Shown piece by piece: positions 28,324-38,717 of a stretch of DNA of 64,000 nucleotides; within the stretch, counting starts at the first letter, position 1, and each line of letters starts with the position of its first letter. Source of the stretch: Candidatus Bathyarchaeia archaeon. GTDB taxonomy: Archaea > Thermoproteota > Bathyarchaeia > Bathyarchaeales > Bathycorpusculaceae. Location of the stretch: the NCBI GenBank assembly GCA_038883655.1, contig JAVZLQ010000001.1, positions 256,001 through 320,000 on the forward strand, written 5' to 3'. Under the pieces are notes generated by a model that was not told where the DNA came from, did no database searches, and was given only the letters and a program-made list of their open reading frames with translations. Position numbers and translations under genes: made by a program.

Positions 28324-30264
28324 TCATTTTTGCTGTAATTGTTTCCTTATTTCTTCGTAAGCGGATTTTATCTCCTCTATCGAGGCTTCATCCTCCAATG
28401 TTGAAACGTCTCCTAAGGATGCTCCAGATAACACCGCCTTCAAAAGTCTCCGCATGATTTTGCCGCTTCTTGTTTTTGGCAGCCTATTAACGAAAACTAT
28501 GGCTTCTGGTGTCGCTATTGGCCCTATCGTTGTTCTAACGTGCTGTACAAGCTGGGTTCTCAACTCGTCAGATGGTGTATGACCGCTTCTTAACACGACA
28601 AAGGCTACTGGAACCTCGCCTTTAACAGGGTCTTCTTTGCCCATTACCGCTGCTTCCGAGATTGCTGGATGCGAAACCAAGGCGCTTTCAAGTTCCGCCG
28701 TGCCTATCCTGTGACCGGCAACCTTGAGAACTTCGTCCGCCCTTCCCAATAGCCAGAAGTAGCCTTCTGGGTCCTTTACTGCGTAGTCGCCAGTATAGTA
28801 GACGTTTTGAAATCTTCCAAAGTATGTTTGCTTGTACCTTTCCGGGTCTTTCCATAACGTTTCGAGCATTCCAGGCCATGGGGTTTTGATTACCAGGAAT
28901 CCTTTTACACCTGTTGGTGTTGGCTGTCCCTTTTCGTCGTAAACTTCTGCTTTTACGCTTGGAAGCGGAAATGTTGCTGAGCCTGGTTTTAGCGGCACCA
29001 GCTCTATTCCTGGCGTCGGGGCTATCATGAAGCCGCCTGTTTCTGTTTGCCACCACGTGTCTATTATGGGGAGTTTTTCCTTCCCTATTACGCGGAAGTA
29101 CCATCGCCATGCTTCTGGGTTTATTGGCTCGCCGACGCTTCCCAAAAGCCTAAGCGTGCTTAAGTCGTGTTTGTTGACCCATTCCTCTCCAAATCGCATG
29201 AACATCCTTATCGCCGTCGGCGTTGTATACAATATTGTTATACCGTGCCTTTCAATTATGTCCCACCACCTGTCTTGGGCTGGATAGTCTGGTGTTCCCT
29301 CGAAGAGGAATGACGTTATCCCCATGGTTAGTGGTGCGTAAACGTTGTATGTGTGTCCCGTAATCCATCCAATGTCGGCTGTGCACCACCATATGTCGCT
29401 TTCGTTTGGGTTGAATCCCCACTTTAGTGTCCAGTAAGCCCAAACCAGGTAGCCTCCTGTTCCGTGCTGTACGCCCTTTGGCTTTCCTGTTGTTCCAGAA
29501 GTGTAGAGTATGAACAGTGGTTCTGTTGCCTCCATTGGTTCTGGCGGGACATAAGCGTTCTGTTCAACTTTTTCCATTAACTCGTGGTACCAGTAGTCTC
29601 TTCCTTCTTTCATTGGCACTTGCTGTCCAGTGCGCTTTACGACAATCACCTTTTCTATGCTTGGAGTGTTAGCCAAAGCGCGGTCAGCAGTTTCCTTCAA
29701 CTGTACAGTTTTTCCACGTCTATATGCGCCGTCAGCCGTTACCAAAACTTTTGCTTCACAGTCTTTTATTCTATCTGAGAGGGCCTCGGCGCTGAATCCA
29801 GAGAAAACTACCGCGTGGATTGCGCCTATTCTTGCTGTTGCGAGCATTGTTATTGGAAGTTCGGGAATCATTGGCAAATATATTGCGACTCTGTCACCTT
29901 TTTTGACACCAAAATTTTTGAGTGTTTTCGCGAGTTTGTTTACTTCTCTGTAAAGCTGGTAGTAAGTGTAGGTTTTTATATCGCCTGGTTCGCCTTCCCA
30001 AATGTATGCCAGCATGTTCTTTTTGTGAGTTTTAACGTGTCTATCTACGGCGTTGTAGCAGACGTTTAGAATACCGCCCGGAAACCACTTGTAAAATGGC
30101 GGGTTAGAGTCGTCAAGCACCTTGTTCCATGTCTTAAACCAGTCTATTACTTTTGCTTTTTCTGCCCAGAATTCTTCTGGGTTCTGTATGGATTTTTCCC
30201 ATTCTTCCCTCAAAGTTTTTCCTGGGAATATTTTTTCATTGAATGGCAAACTTGTTTCCGCCAT
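28324..30264 (-). CDS. acs: AMP-forming acetyl-CoA synthetase
   Basis: [21 protein letters not shown] and [12 protein letters not shown] motifs. Confidence 0.96.
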   Translation of the reverse strand: MAETSLPFNEKIFPGKTLREEWEKSIQNPEEFWAEKAKVIDWFKTWNKVLDDSNPPFYKWFPGGILNVCYNAVDRHVKTHKKNMLAYIWEGEPGDIKTYTYYQLYREVNKLAKTLKNFGVKKGDRVAIYLPMIPELPITMLATARIGAIHAVVFSGFSAEALSDRIKDCEAKVLVTADGAYRRGKTVQLKETADRALANTPSIEKVIVVKRTGQQVPMKEGRDYWYHELMEKVEQNAYVPPEPMEATEPLFILYTSGTTGKPKGVQHGTGGYLVWAYWTLKWGFNPNESDIWWCTADIGWITGHTYNVYAPLTMGITSFLFEGTPDYPAQDRWWDIIERHGITILYTTPTAIRMFMRFGEEWVNKHDLSTLRLLGSVGEPINPEAWRWYFRVIGKEKLPIIDTWWQTETGGFMIAPTPGIELVPLKPGSATFPLPSVKAEVYDEKGQPTPTGVKGFLVIKTPWPGMLETLWKDPERYKQTYFGRFQNVYYTGDYAVKDPEGYFWLLGRADEVLKVAGHRIGTAELESALVSHPAISEAAVMGKEDPVKGEVPVAFVVLRSGHTPSDELRTQLVQHVRTTIGPIATPEAIVFVNRLPKTRSGKIMRRLLKAVLSGASLGDVSTLEDEASIEEIKSAYEEIRKQLQQK

Positions 30265-30302
30265 TTTTCAAACCTTCATGAAGTTTTGGAGAAGATTTTA
30301 AC

Positions 30303-30318
30303 GCGGATATAAATCTTT
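30303..30318 (-). promoter_or_regulatory. BRE/TATA promoter of acs
   Basis: Minus strand AAAGATTTATATCCGC, about 40 nt upstream of the ATG. Confidence 0.5.
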
Positions 30319-30351
30319 TTGGATGAAAAAGGAGAAAAGTAAAGGATGATT

Positions 30352-30963
30352 TTAGGTTGTTGGGCAAATTGGCAGAACTGTCTTTCCATGGGTTTCGTTT
30401 AGCACCTCTGCGATGGCTAGGTAGACGGCGCTTAATCCGCAGATTACTCCTTCAACGCCTATTATGCGTGTAAAAAGCTCAAGGTCTACTGCTGTCATTG
30501 GCGTGTATGCTAGCAGCGCTGATTTTGCCGTAAGTAGGAAGAATAGTGTTGCTAGGCTTATGAATACAAATTGCAGTGCGCGGTTTGTTTTCAATGTACC
30601 AAAAAACATTGCCAGTGTGAATAAGCCCCACATGAAGAAGTATGCTGCTTGGGCTTCGTATGAAGGCGCAGCAAGCCCGTAGAAAAACGTGATTTTTGGT
30701 AGCAGCGTTAAGGTTACAAATGACCACCAGAACAAGCCGTAGGATGTGAACGCTACTGTTCCGAATGTGTTGCCCTTCTTGTACTCCATTATGCCAGCTA
30801 TTACTTGGGCTAGTCCGCCGTAGGCTATTCCCATAGCCAAAATCATCGTGTCTAGCGGTCCAAGTTGAGCGTTGTGAACAAAGTTTAGTAGGACTGTTGT
30901 CATTCCGAAGCCTAAAAGTCCAAGGGGGGCTGGATTTGCAGTTTTTTCACTCATATCTTCCAT
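30352..30963 (-). CDS. Acetate uptake channel, GPR1/FUN34/YaaH (SatP) family
   Basis: [11 protein letters not shown] signature; YGG.AQ; NTFG..AF.SYG.FW. Confidence 0.93.
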   Translation of the reverse strand: MEDMSEKTANPAPLGLLGFGMTTVLLNFVHNAQLGPLDTMILAMGIAYGGLAQVIAGIMEYKKGNTFGTVAFTSYGLFWWSFVTLTLLPKITFFYGLAAPSYEAQAAYFFMWGLFTLAMFFGTLKTNRALQFVFISLATLFFLLTAKSALLAYTPMTAVDLELFTRIIGVEGVICGLSAVYLAIAEVLNETHGKTVLPICPTT

Positions 30964-31019
30964 CTCTCTTGCTGCGAAAGTTGTTCGTATAAAAAGGATG
31001 TGGATATAAGGCTTTCTTG

Positions 31020-33791
31020 CTAGGATTTCCGCTTTTTACTTGCAATGTACTTTCCTAACTCTAGAACGGCGAATGTTATTGCCGCGAACGCTAGAGCCAC
31101 TGCCCAGTCTATGAGTTCCGGAGTTCTCACATCAAACAGCGTCTGAAGCTGTGGTGTGTAGAGTACTATTAGCTGGAGACCAAGCGAAGACAGTATTGCA
31201 AGCCAAAGGAACTTGTTCTTGAAGACACCCACCTTAAAAATTGTATGCTTCAGCGACCTTGCCGATAATGCGTTAACTAGTTCCATCAGCACCATAGCCG
31301 TAAACAGTTGTGTCCGCGCCTCCATCAGTTGATCGGGATTTTTCCATGGGAGGAACATGTAATAGCCAAAAATCAGCAATGCCGTCATCAGTATCGGGAT
31401 TGCAGTCAAGTATACTTTGACGTCTTTTGTGAACACGCTTTCTTTCGGGTCTCTCGGCTTTCTCTCCATAAGGTCTGGGTCGCCTGGGTCAACTCCTAAG
31501 GCTAGTGCCGGCAAACCGTCAGTCGTCAAGTTTACCCATAGGATTTGTATTGTTGTTAGGGCTATTGCTGGAGGCTCCATCCCCTCGCCCAACGTAAACT
31601 CTGCTGCTGGACATGTTATCATGACTATGAACATTACGAGGATTTCCATTATGTTGCAACGCAGCAGATATGTCAAATACTTCTTTATGTTGTCGTAGAT
31701 TTCGCGTCCCTCCCTGACCGCTTTAACTATGGATGCGAAGTTGTCGTCAGCCAGAACCATGTCCGAAGCTTCCTTCGTCACTTCTGTTCCAGTTATTCCC
31801 ATTGCAACGCCTATGTCCGATAGCTTGAGCGCTGGAGCGTCGTTAACGCCGTCGCCTGTCATGGCAACGACGTATCCCTTCGCTTTCCAAGCCTTCACAA
31901 TTCGCATTTTGTGTTCTGGCGAAACCCTAGCGTAAATCACTATGTTTTCAACAATTTCGGTTAGCTGTTCGTCGCTTAGCTTGTCCATGTCCGTGCCGGT
32001 CAAAACCTTTCCTTCTTCCTCGTTTTCGCCGAGTAGGTTAAGCTCCTTGGCTACTGCGACAGCTGTTAGTTTGTGGTCTCCAGTAACCATTACAACGCGG
32101 ATTCCAGCCTTTTTGCATATGTAGATTGCTTCTTTCACTTCTTCGCGTGGTGGGTCAATCATTCCCATGATTCCAACAAAAGTTAAGTCGTTCTCGATTT
32201 TTTCGTCAAATTTTGTTGTTGATTCTGGTAGTTCCTTAAAAGCGAAGCCCAAATTGCGTAGCGCTTGCTTTGCCATTGCCTCGTTAATCTTAAGTATTTT
32301 TGTTTTGTCCTCTTCCGTTATTTTCCGTATCTTTCCATTTTTCAAGATTTTCGTGCATTTTTCCAAAACTATTTCTGGCGCACCTTTTACGAAAGCTATT
32401 TTTCTTTTTCCAGAAGCCAAATGAACGGTTGTCATGCGTTTCCTTTCAGAAGAAAATGGAACTTCACCTATTCGTGGGGTTTCCTTTTCAAGCTCCTCTT
32501 TCCACAAACCCGCCTTTGCAGCAGCCACAACTAATGCTCCTTCCGTTGGATCTCCTTTAATAGTCCATCTGTCGCCAGCTTTCTCCAGCTTTGCATCATT
32601 ACATAAAGTTGCAATTTTTAATAACGTGACAAGTTCATCCTCTTTTGCTGGGTCAATTTTCTTGTCTTCAAAAATGAATTCGCCCTCTGGTTGGTAGCCA
32701 ACTCCAGAAACTTTTATCAACTTATCATTTATGTATATGCGCTGTACTGTCATCTCGCCTTTAGTCATCGTTCCAGTCTTATCAGCGCATATAACGCTCG
32801 TGCATCCAAGGGTTTCAACGGCTGGAAGTTTTCTAACGATGCTGTTGACTTTTGCCATTCTGTAAACGCCAACTGCCAAAGCTCCAGTCACTATTGCTGG
32901 TAGGGCTTCTGGCACAGCTGCCACAGCTAGGCTTACGCCCCACATAACCATGTGTAGAATGTCTTCTCCCTTCACGATTATTCCGACAGCTGCCACTAGT
33001 AGGCAGATGGCAACGCATAGAATTCCAAGCCATTTTCCAACAGAAGCCATCCGCTTTTCGAGTGGAGTTTCCTCTTCCTCTGTTACTTGAACCATTTTGG
33101 CTATTTTCCCAAATTCCGTGCTCATTCCAGTCGCTGTTACAACGGCTTTTCCGCGACCATAAACTACGGCTGTTCCAGTAAAAACCATGTTCGCTCTGTC
33201 TGAAAGCCCAACGTTTTCTGGCAGCGGGTTAACATCCTTATTTACTGGCGTGGATTCTCCAGTTAAAGGCGCCTCGTCCATCTTTAGGTTGACTGCCTCT
33301 ATAAGCCGCCCATCCGCTGGAACCTTATCGCCTGTATATAATAGTATTATGTCGCCTGGTACAATCTCACTTGCTTGAACCTTAACCTCTTTTCCATCAC
33401 GGAGAACCATTGCTGTCGGCGCAGTCATCTTTTTTAAGGCTTCTATGGCCTTTTCCGAACGGTATTCCTCAACGAATCCTAGTCCAGCGCTTGCTATGAC
33501 TATGGCGAAAATCACGATTGCTTCGTAGATTTCCTCCATGGAGTTTTGGATTATGGCTATGCCTATGGAAAGGAACATGGCTATTAACAGTATTATTATG
33601 AGTATGTCGGCAAACTGCTCTAGGAAAAGCATTATTGGCGATTTTCGCTTTTCCTCCTTCAACTCGTTCGGCCCATATTCCTGTAGACGCTTTTGCACTT
33701 CTTCTCGGGTTAAGCCGTTCTCCGAAGTGTTCAGAGCCTTCATAACCTCTTCAATTTCCATTGCATGCCAAGGCTTCGACGTTTTTCCCAC
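31020..33791 (-). CDS. P-type cation-transporting ATPase (type IIA, Ca2+-like)
   Basis: [32 protein letters not shown] and [11 protein letters not shown]. Confidence 0.95.
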   Translation of the reverse strand: MGKTSKPWHAMEIEEVMKALNTSENGLTREEVQKRLQEYGPNELKEEKRKSPIMLFLEQFADILIIILLIAMFLSIGIAIIQNSMEEIYEAIVIFAIVIASAGLGFVEEYRSEKAIEALKKMTAPTAMVLRDGKEVKVQASEIVPGDIILLYTGDKVPADGRLIEAVNLKMDEAPLTGESTPVNKDVNPLPENVGLSDRANMVFTGTAVVYGRGKAVVTATGMSTEFGKIAKMVQVTEEEETPLEKRMASVGKWLGILCVAICLLVAAVGIIVKGEDILHMVMWGVSLAVAAVPEALPAIVTGALAVGVYRMAKVNSIVRKLPAVETLGCTSVICADKTGTMTKGEMTVQRIYINDKLIKVSGVGYQPEGEFIFEDKKIDPAKEDELVTLLKIATLCNDAKLEKAGDRWTIKGDPTEGALVVAAAKAGLWKEELEKETPRIGEVPFSSERKRMTTVHLASGKRKIAFVKGAPEIVLEKCTKILKNGKIRKITEEDKTKILKINEAMAKQALRNLGFAFKELPESTTKFDEKIENDLTFVGIMGMIDPPREEVKEAIYICKKAGIRVVMVTGDHKLTAVAVAKELNLLGENEEEGKVLTGTDMDKLSDEQLTEIVENIVIYARVSPEHKMRIVKAWKAKGYVVAMTGDGVNDAPALKLSDIGVAMGITGTEVTKEASDMVLADDNFASIVKAVREGREIYDNIKKYLTYLLRCNIMEILVMFIVMITCPAAEFTLGEGMEPPAIALTTIQILWVNLTTDGLPALALGVDPGDPDLMERKPRDPKESVFTKDVKVYLTAIPILMTALLIFGYYMFLPWKNPDQLMEARTQLFTAMVLMELVNALSARSLKHTIFKVGVFKNKFLWLAILSSLGLQLIVLYTPQLQTLFDVRTPELIDWAVALAFAAITFAVLELGKYIASKKRKS

Positions 33792-33948
33792 CCCAACTAG
33801 TTTAATATAGTCTCTATTCTGTGGAGTCTCTTTGGTTATATCTTTTTCTCATTAAAAACTGGCTGTTGGCAAATAAGTTTATAAGCAATTTTGTTAAAAC
33901 TACAGACGTTTAAACATAGAAGCGAACGCTAAACGGAGGAAGAAAAAC

Positions 33949-36030
33949 ATGATATGGCTCATAGCTCCAATATCCGCTTTAATATCAATCCTCGTCGGAA
34001 TCTACTTCTACTACTACGTGGAAAAACAGGACAGCGGAACAAAACGCATGCAAGAAATTGCCGCTGCAATAAAAGAGGGTGCAGACGCATTTCTTAGACG
34101 CGAATACACGACGCTGGCAATGTTCGTGGTTGTTGTGGCGGTGCTACTATGCATATTCTTGCCAACACCAATATGGACTGCAGATGCTGATCCATTAAGA
34201 AATATTCAGTTGACATTCGCGTATGTTTTCGGCTCTTTTTGCTCAGCCATGGCTGGATACTTAGGCTTAAACGTGGCGACCAAAGCCAACCTCAAAGCCG
34301 CAAGCGCATCACGAGAAGGACTGAACAAGGCTTTCCCGATAGGCTTTCGCGGCGGAGCAGTGATGGGATTAGCCGTTGTGGGTTTAGGCTTGCTTGGAAT
34401 AAGCATTGTTTACTGGATTACTGGAGAGCCCGAAATAGTTTTGGGCTACAGCTTCGGCGCAAGCTCACTCGCACTTTTCGCCAAGGCAGGCGGAGGAATT
34501 TACACAAAAACAGCTGACATAAGCGCAGACCTTGTCGGCAAGGTGGAACTTGGAATTCCAGAAGATGACCCAAGAAACCCAGCGGTAATCGCGGACAACG
34601 TTGGCGACAACGTTGGCGACGTTGCTGGAATGGGCGCAGACTTGTTCGACTCTTACGTGGCAAGCATAGTGGCGGTAATGATTTTAGGAGAGGCAATAGA
34701 CCTGCTAATTTCTGGTTCCATAGGAACGTATACGATAATCCCGCTTGTTTTTGCCGGTTTGGGTATAATAGCCGCGGTTCTAGGCGCATTAACGGTCAGG
34801 GTTGGTAGACAAGGTAACCCTGGAAGAGCCCTTAATATGGGCACATACATAACATGTATAATCTTCGCAATTCTAACCTTCATAGCGTCTACATATCTGG
34901 AATACGATTATAGGATATGGGGTGCAACAATAGTAGGCCTAATAGCAGGCGTAATAATCGGTATGACATCCGACTATTTTACGTCTGAAGATAAACCACC
35001 AGTTAAGAAAACGGCTGAAGCATCGCTAACTGGCACGGCGACAAACATTATAACTGGCTTTTCATACGGCTTGCACAGCGTCTTCCCACCACTCATAGGA
35101 ATCGGCGTAGCATCAGCAGTTGCTTACATGTTGTGCCTACCACTCGGCGCCAAATTCGCCTTGTACGGCATCGGCATGGCTGCGGTTGGCATGCTCTCGA
35201 TAGTTGGTCTGATAGTTTCAAATGATGCTTACGGTCCAATAGTTGATAACTCAAGAGGCATAGCAATGCAAGCAGGACTAAGCGAAGATGTGATAAAAGT
35301 GACAGATGAAATGGACGCTGCTGGAAACACAGCCAAAGCGATAACAAAGGGGTTCGCTATAGGCGCGGCAGGACTAACAGTGATCGCCTTATTGGCGGCA
35401 TTCCAAGAAAGAGCCCAAAGCGCTGGAGTAAACCCATCATTTAACCTCATGAACCCGCTGGTTTTGTTGGGCGCATTAATCGGCATAGCCATGCCAGCGG
35501 TATTCTCAGCTATGGTAATGCTCGGCGTTGGTAGAAACGCCTTCCGTATGATTGAAGAAATTAGGCGACAATTTAACGAAATTCCAGGCTTAAGAGAAGG
35601 GAAGGAAGGCGTAAAACCAGATTATGCCCGTTGCGTTGACATCGCGACTGTTGGTGCATTGAAGGAGCTTATGCCAGCAAGCATAGTAGCCATCGGAGTA
35701 ACGCTAATTGTCGGTTTCGTCGGCGGCATCGAAGCCCTAGGCGGATACTTGGCTGGAACAATATTCTCTGGCTTGCTCTTTGCTTTGCTTATGGCTAACG
35801 CTGGAGGCTTATGGGACAACGCTAAAAAGCTAATAGAATCTGGAGAGCACGGCGGAAAAGGCTCAGAAGCCCACAAAGCAGCGGTTGTAGGCGACACCGT
35901 AGGCGACCCGTTCAAGGACACTGCTGGGCCATCATTAAACACGATGATAACAGTCATGTCGCTTGTGGCATCACTGTTCGCAGTGTTAATCGCAAACAAC
36001 AACCTACTACACTTGTTGGGCATAGCATAA
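33949..36030 (+). CDS. hppA: Membrane-bound ion-translocating pyrophosphatase
   Basis: GGGIYTKTAD, EDDPRNP, DNVGDNVGD, GNTAKA and GDTVGDPFKD. Confidence 0.96.
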   Translation: MIWLIAPISALISILVGIYFYYYVEKQDSGTKRMQEIAAAIKEGADAFLRREYTTLAMFVVVVAVLLCIFLPTPIWTADADPLRNIQLTFAYVFGSFCSAMAGYLGLNVATKANLKAASASREGLNKAFPIGFRGGAVMGLAVVGLGLLGISIVYWITGEPEIVLGYSFGASSLALFAKAGGGIYTKTADISADLVGKVELGIPEDDPRNPAVIADNVGDNVGDVAGMGADLFDSYVASIVAVMILGEAIDLLISGSIGTYTIIPLVFAGLGIIAAVLGALTVRVGRQGNPGRALNMGTYITCIIFAILTFIASTYLEYDYRIWGATIVGLIAGVIIGMTSDYFTSEDKPPVKKTAEASLTGTATNIITGFSYGLHSVFPPLIGIGVASAVAYMLCLPLGAKFALYGIGMAAVGMLSIVGLIVSNDAYGPIVDNSRGIAMQAGLSEDVIKVTDEMDAAGNTAKAITKGFAIGAAGLTVIALLAAFQERAQSAGVNPSFNLMNPLVLLGALIGIAMPAVFSAMVMLGVGRNAFRMIEEIRRQFNEIPGLREGKEGVKPDYARCVDIATVGALKELMPASIVAIGVTLIVGFVGGIEALGGYLAGTIFSGLLFALLMANAGGLWDNAKKLIESGEHGGKGSEAHKAAVVGDTVGDPFKDTAGPSLNTMITVMSLVASLFAVLIANNNLLHLLGIA

Positions 36031-36095
36031 AATCAAAATTCAAATCTCTACCATTTTTTATGAAGCAAACATCTGTAAAATAGTAGTATACTCTA

Positions 36096-36183
36096 TGGCG
36101 CCGGGAGTGGGATTCGAACCCACGCGGCCCAAAAGGGCCACAGGCTCTCAAGGCCTGCGCGTTATCCACTCCGCCATCCCGGC
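36096..36183 (-). tRNA. tRNA-Ser(UGA), intronless, CCA encoded
   Basis: Reverse complement GCCGGGA...CAGGC-CT-TGA-GA-GCCTG; long variable arm GGCCCTTTTGGGCC; GGTTCGAATCC; ends TCCCGGC-G-CCA. Confidence 0.95.
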
Positions 36184-36506
36184 GTGTCTGAAGATTAGGC
36201 TTTTTTATTCTAAAATGTTTCCATTCTGTTCGGAAATTTAAATAAGCTGCATGTATTAAGTTGAAAACTTCTTTCAAATAAAACGGAAACACTTTATTTG
36301 AGAATTTTAAGATCAGTTTCAAATAACTGTGAGTTGTTATATAGAATCTCTGGGAAAATGAAAGAAGTTCATGCCGTGACTTACAATTTATGTAGAAATT
36401 AACAACCAATTTCAAGTTTTGTTTAGCCTTCGAACCTAATTTGCATCGAGAGCAAGTTTAAAATCTAGAGGGGGAGGGTCACTATTGGCCGTTTTCACAA
36501 CCAAAA

Positions 36507-36992
36507 TTATGGAGAAATCATATGTGACTTGTAGAGTTTCAAGTATTTCTCTGTTGTTGGGAATATTGCCTTAACTCTTTCTCGGCGTTTTTTTGCGTTT
36601 ATAGCGTTTTCCAGCATTGTATAGGATCTTGGTGTGCTGAATTTTTCTGTTTCGCCGTTATCTCTTTTACGCGTGACTTTGATGCAGTCGTCTACGATAC
36701 AGTTTATGACGCATGCGCCGCAGTATATGCAAAGTTCTTCTGTTATGCCTACCTCGCCGCTTTTCCAGTATAGAGCATTTGTTGGACAAGCCTTAATGCA
36801 GAGTTTGCATTCCACGCCTTTGCATGTTCGCTTGTTTATGGATACTTCTCCTTCGACGAAAAACTCTTTTACTTTAAGCGGTGCCAAGAGTTCTTGTCTA
36901 CGCTTCCTTTTCGCCTTTTCCGCGGTTTCGGTTAGGGCTTTGAATATATCAATGTTTTGCGCCTTGCCAGTTTTTCCCCGCATTTGTTTCAT
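36507..36992 (-). CDS. 2x[4Fe-4S] ferredoxin-domain protein with basic extensions
   Basis: CKGVECKLCIKACP and CIYCGACVINC. Confidence 0.85.
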   Translation of the reverse strand: MKQMRGKTGKAQNIDIFKALTETAEKAKRKRRQELLAPLKVKEFFVEGEVSINKRTCKGVECKLCIKACPTNALYWKSGEVGITEELCIYCGACVINCIVDDCIKVTRKRDNGETEKFSTPRSYTMLENAINAKKRRERVKAIFPTTEKYLKLYKSHMISP

Positions 36993-37155
36993 CTTTGAGT
37001 TAAATTGCGGTTAAGGAAGGTATAATCTATAACGGTCATGAATTATAACTATTTACTAAAAATAAAGATGTAGGATTCATTTTGGATGGTGAAAGGCAAG
37101 GGACGAAACTTATAACTTGGTTAAGCACAATTTATCGTTGAGAGGTGAAAGGGCA

Positions 37156-37335
37156 ATGTGCGAATTCGCAGTTATCCTTGATGGAAAGACCGTTTTCAAA
37201 GATGTTATTTACGCAAAAATGGAAAGCAACAGTATAACACTAAAAAATGTTCTAGGCGAAACTAAAACTATCAAAAACTGCAAAATAATCGAGGTTGACG
37301 TAAACTCAACACGCCTGGTTCTGGCAAAAGCCTAA
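37156..37335 (+). CDS. CooT-family small nickel-binding protein
   Basis: MCE N-terminus; ...NVLGETK.I....I.EVD....L.L pattern; GAGGTGA RBS upstream. Confidence 0.75.
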   Translation: MCEFAVILDGKTVFKDVIYAKMESNSITLKNVLGETKTIKNCKIIEVDVNSTRLVLAKA

Positions 37336-38165
37336 AAGCCAACAGACATCACAGCAAAACCAGCTGCTAAACCAAAAAATATTGGAAAAGGCAGTCCTGG
37401 AAACATCTCATTCTCCTCCACTATCTCGAAGGTCAAGAGGCAACCAGCCAAAATACCCACAATAGAGGCTATGCAAGAGTTCAAGCCTAAACTTAACATG
37501 TGCCCAGAAAGCATAGAATAAAACGTTAGGTCTCCCAAACCCATTTGGATGTCCCTAAAATAGAAGCTTAAGCCCTTGAGCTGGTCTAAGCCGCTGTGGG
37601 CGATTTTGCCAACGGGTCCGTGATAAACGGCGAATGCATCATAAACCGCTAAAAAGCTTAGTATGAGCACTGTGCTGAGCGTTGGTATAGATATTCCCAG
37701 AAAGGCGCCTAAAGCTCCGCCCAAACCCAAAATAGCCACGTTAGCTGCTGTGCTTTTATTTCTAAAGATCGCAAAGTCCCCCATAAACGTTATAAGAGCA
37801 GCCAACGCCAGCACCAAAGCGTCCATTTTGTAAACTATGAATTTCGCGAAAAATGCTGAAAGGTACATGTACGAAAATGTGAAGAAGGCGGTTGTTAAAG
37901 CGAACCCGATAATCCAATTTATCAATCTCCGATTTTTTCTCTTAACAAGGATGTATAGGAATCCAGCACCAACCCCTACTAGAGCAACGAAATAGGCGGC
38001 GTTGCCAACAGAGCCAATACCCTCCTCGAAGGGTATAATTATGTAAATTTCTAATGGGGAGGTTAAAAGCAGAAAAGCGCAAAAAACGCCGAAAATTAAA
38101 CTGGCGAGAAGGGGCGCTAAAGTTAAAATTTTCGCCTTAGGCTCAGCTTTCAATTTTTCATCCAC
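37332..38165 (-). CDS. Presenilin-family (A22) intramembrane aspartyl protease
   Basis: LAVYDAFAVY.GP, MGLGDL.FYS and PGLPFPI motifs. Confidence 0.88.
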   Translation of the reverse strand: MDEKLKAEPKAKILTLAPLLASLIFGVFCAFLLLTSPLEIYIIIPFEEGIGSVGNAAYFVALVGVGAGFLYILVKRKNRRLINWIIGFALTTAFFTFSYMYLSAFFAKFIVYKMDALVLALAALITFMGDFAIFRNKSTAANVAILGLGGALGAFLGISIPTLSTVLILSFLAVYDAFAVYHGPVGKIAHSGLDQLKGLSFYFRDIQMGLGDLTFYSMLSGHMLSLGLNSCIASIVGILAGCLLTFEIVEENEMFPGLPFPIFFGLAAGFAVMSVGF

Positions 38166-38171
38166 ACATGG

Positions 38172-38708
38172 TTAGATGTTATTGATTTTCATTTGGCATT
38201 TGTTACAGAATAAACTTTGCTTTCTGTCGGTTTCGAAAATGGAATTGGAAAAGTACATGACACAGAAAGGGTTAAGACAATGCGTTAAACCAAACGTGTG
38301 CCCCAACTCATGCACAGCCTCTTTAGTTGCGCGCTCAACGAGAAGCTCCATGCTTTGTTTTTCTCCGTAAAACTCAGGCTTAAGCCTAAACAGCGAAATA
38401 AGTGCAGTCCTTCCGGGGCATTCAGCCTCTCCGAAAACAAAATTTAACTCTGGAACAAAAATGTCTATGTCTGTTACTCCCAAAACACGGTCAAAGACCT
38501 TCACTTTTTCCACGTAGGCACGTATTTGCCTTAAAATGAGGTCTGAGCGATGTTGCTCGCGCACTTTGTCGTAGGCTTCGCTTGGAACAGATAAAATTTC
38601 GCTTATCAATGCGCATTTTGCTTTTGGAAAGGCTATTCTCAAGTTTTCAACTACCCTCTCTACAACTTCGCTGTCTACTTCGCCAACACGTAATATCCCG
38701 ATTTTCAT
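38172..38708 (-). CDS. amzA: Archaemetzincin (M54) zinc protease
   Basis: HELGHTFGLTHC...CVM.FS...D.K...FC..C. Confidence 0.93.
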   Translation of the reverse strand: MKIGILRVGEVDSEVVERVVENLRIAFPKAKCALISEILSVPSEAYDKVREQHRSDLILRQIRAYVEKVKVFDRVLGVTDIDIFVPELNFVFGEAECPGRTALISLFRLKPEFYGEKQSMELLVERATKEAVHELGHTFGLTHCLNPFCVMYFSNSIFETDRKQSLFCNKCQMKINNI

Positions 38709-38717
38709 ATTCCCACT

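Noticed and set aside
34594-34624. Tandem repeat GACAACGTTGGC-GACAACGTTGGC-GACGTTG
   Set aside because: It encodes the universally conserved DNVGDNVGD motif of membrane PPases and is not an independent repeat element
36184-36506. AT-rich 320-nt gap next to tRNA-Ser as a possible integration site or ncRNA, and ORF 35954-36415
   Set aside because: It lies on the 5' side of the tRNA, with no duplicated tRNA 3' end, integrase or convincing structure; the ORF spans the tRNA and is spurious
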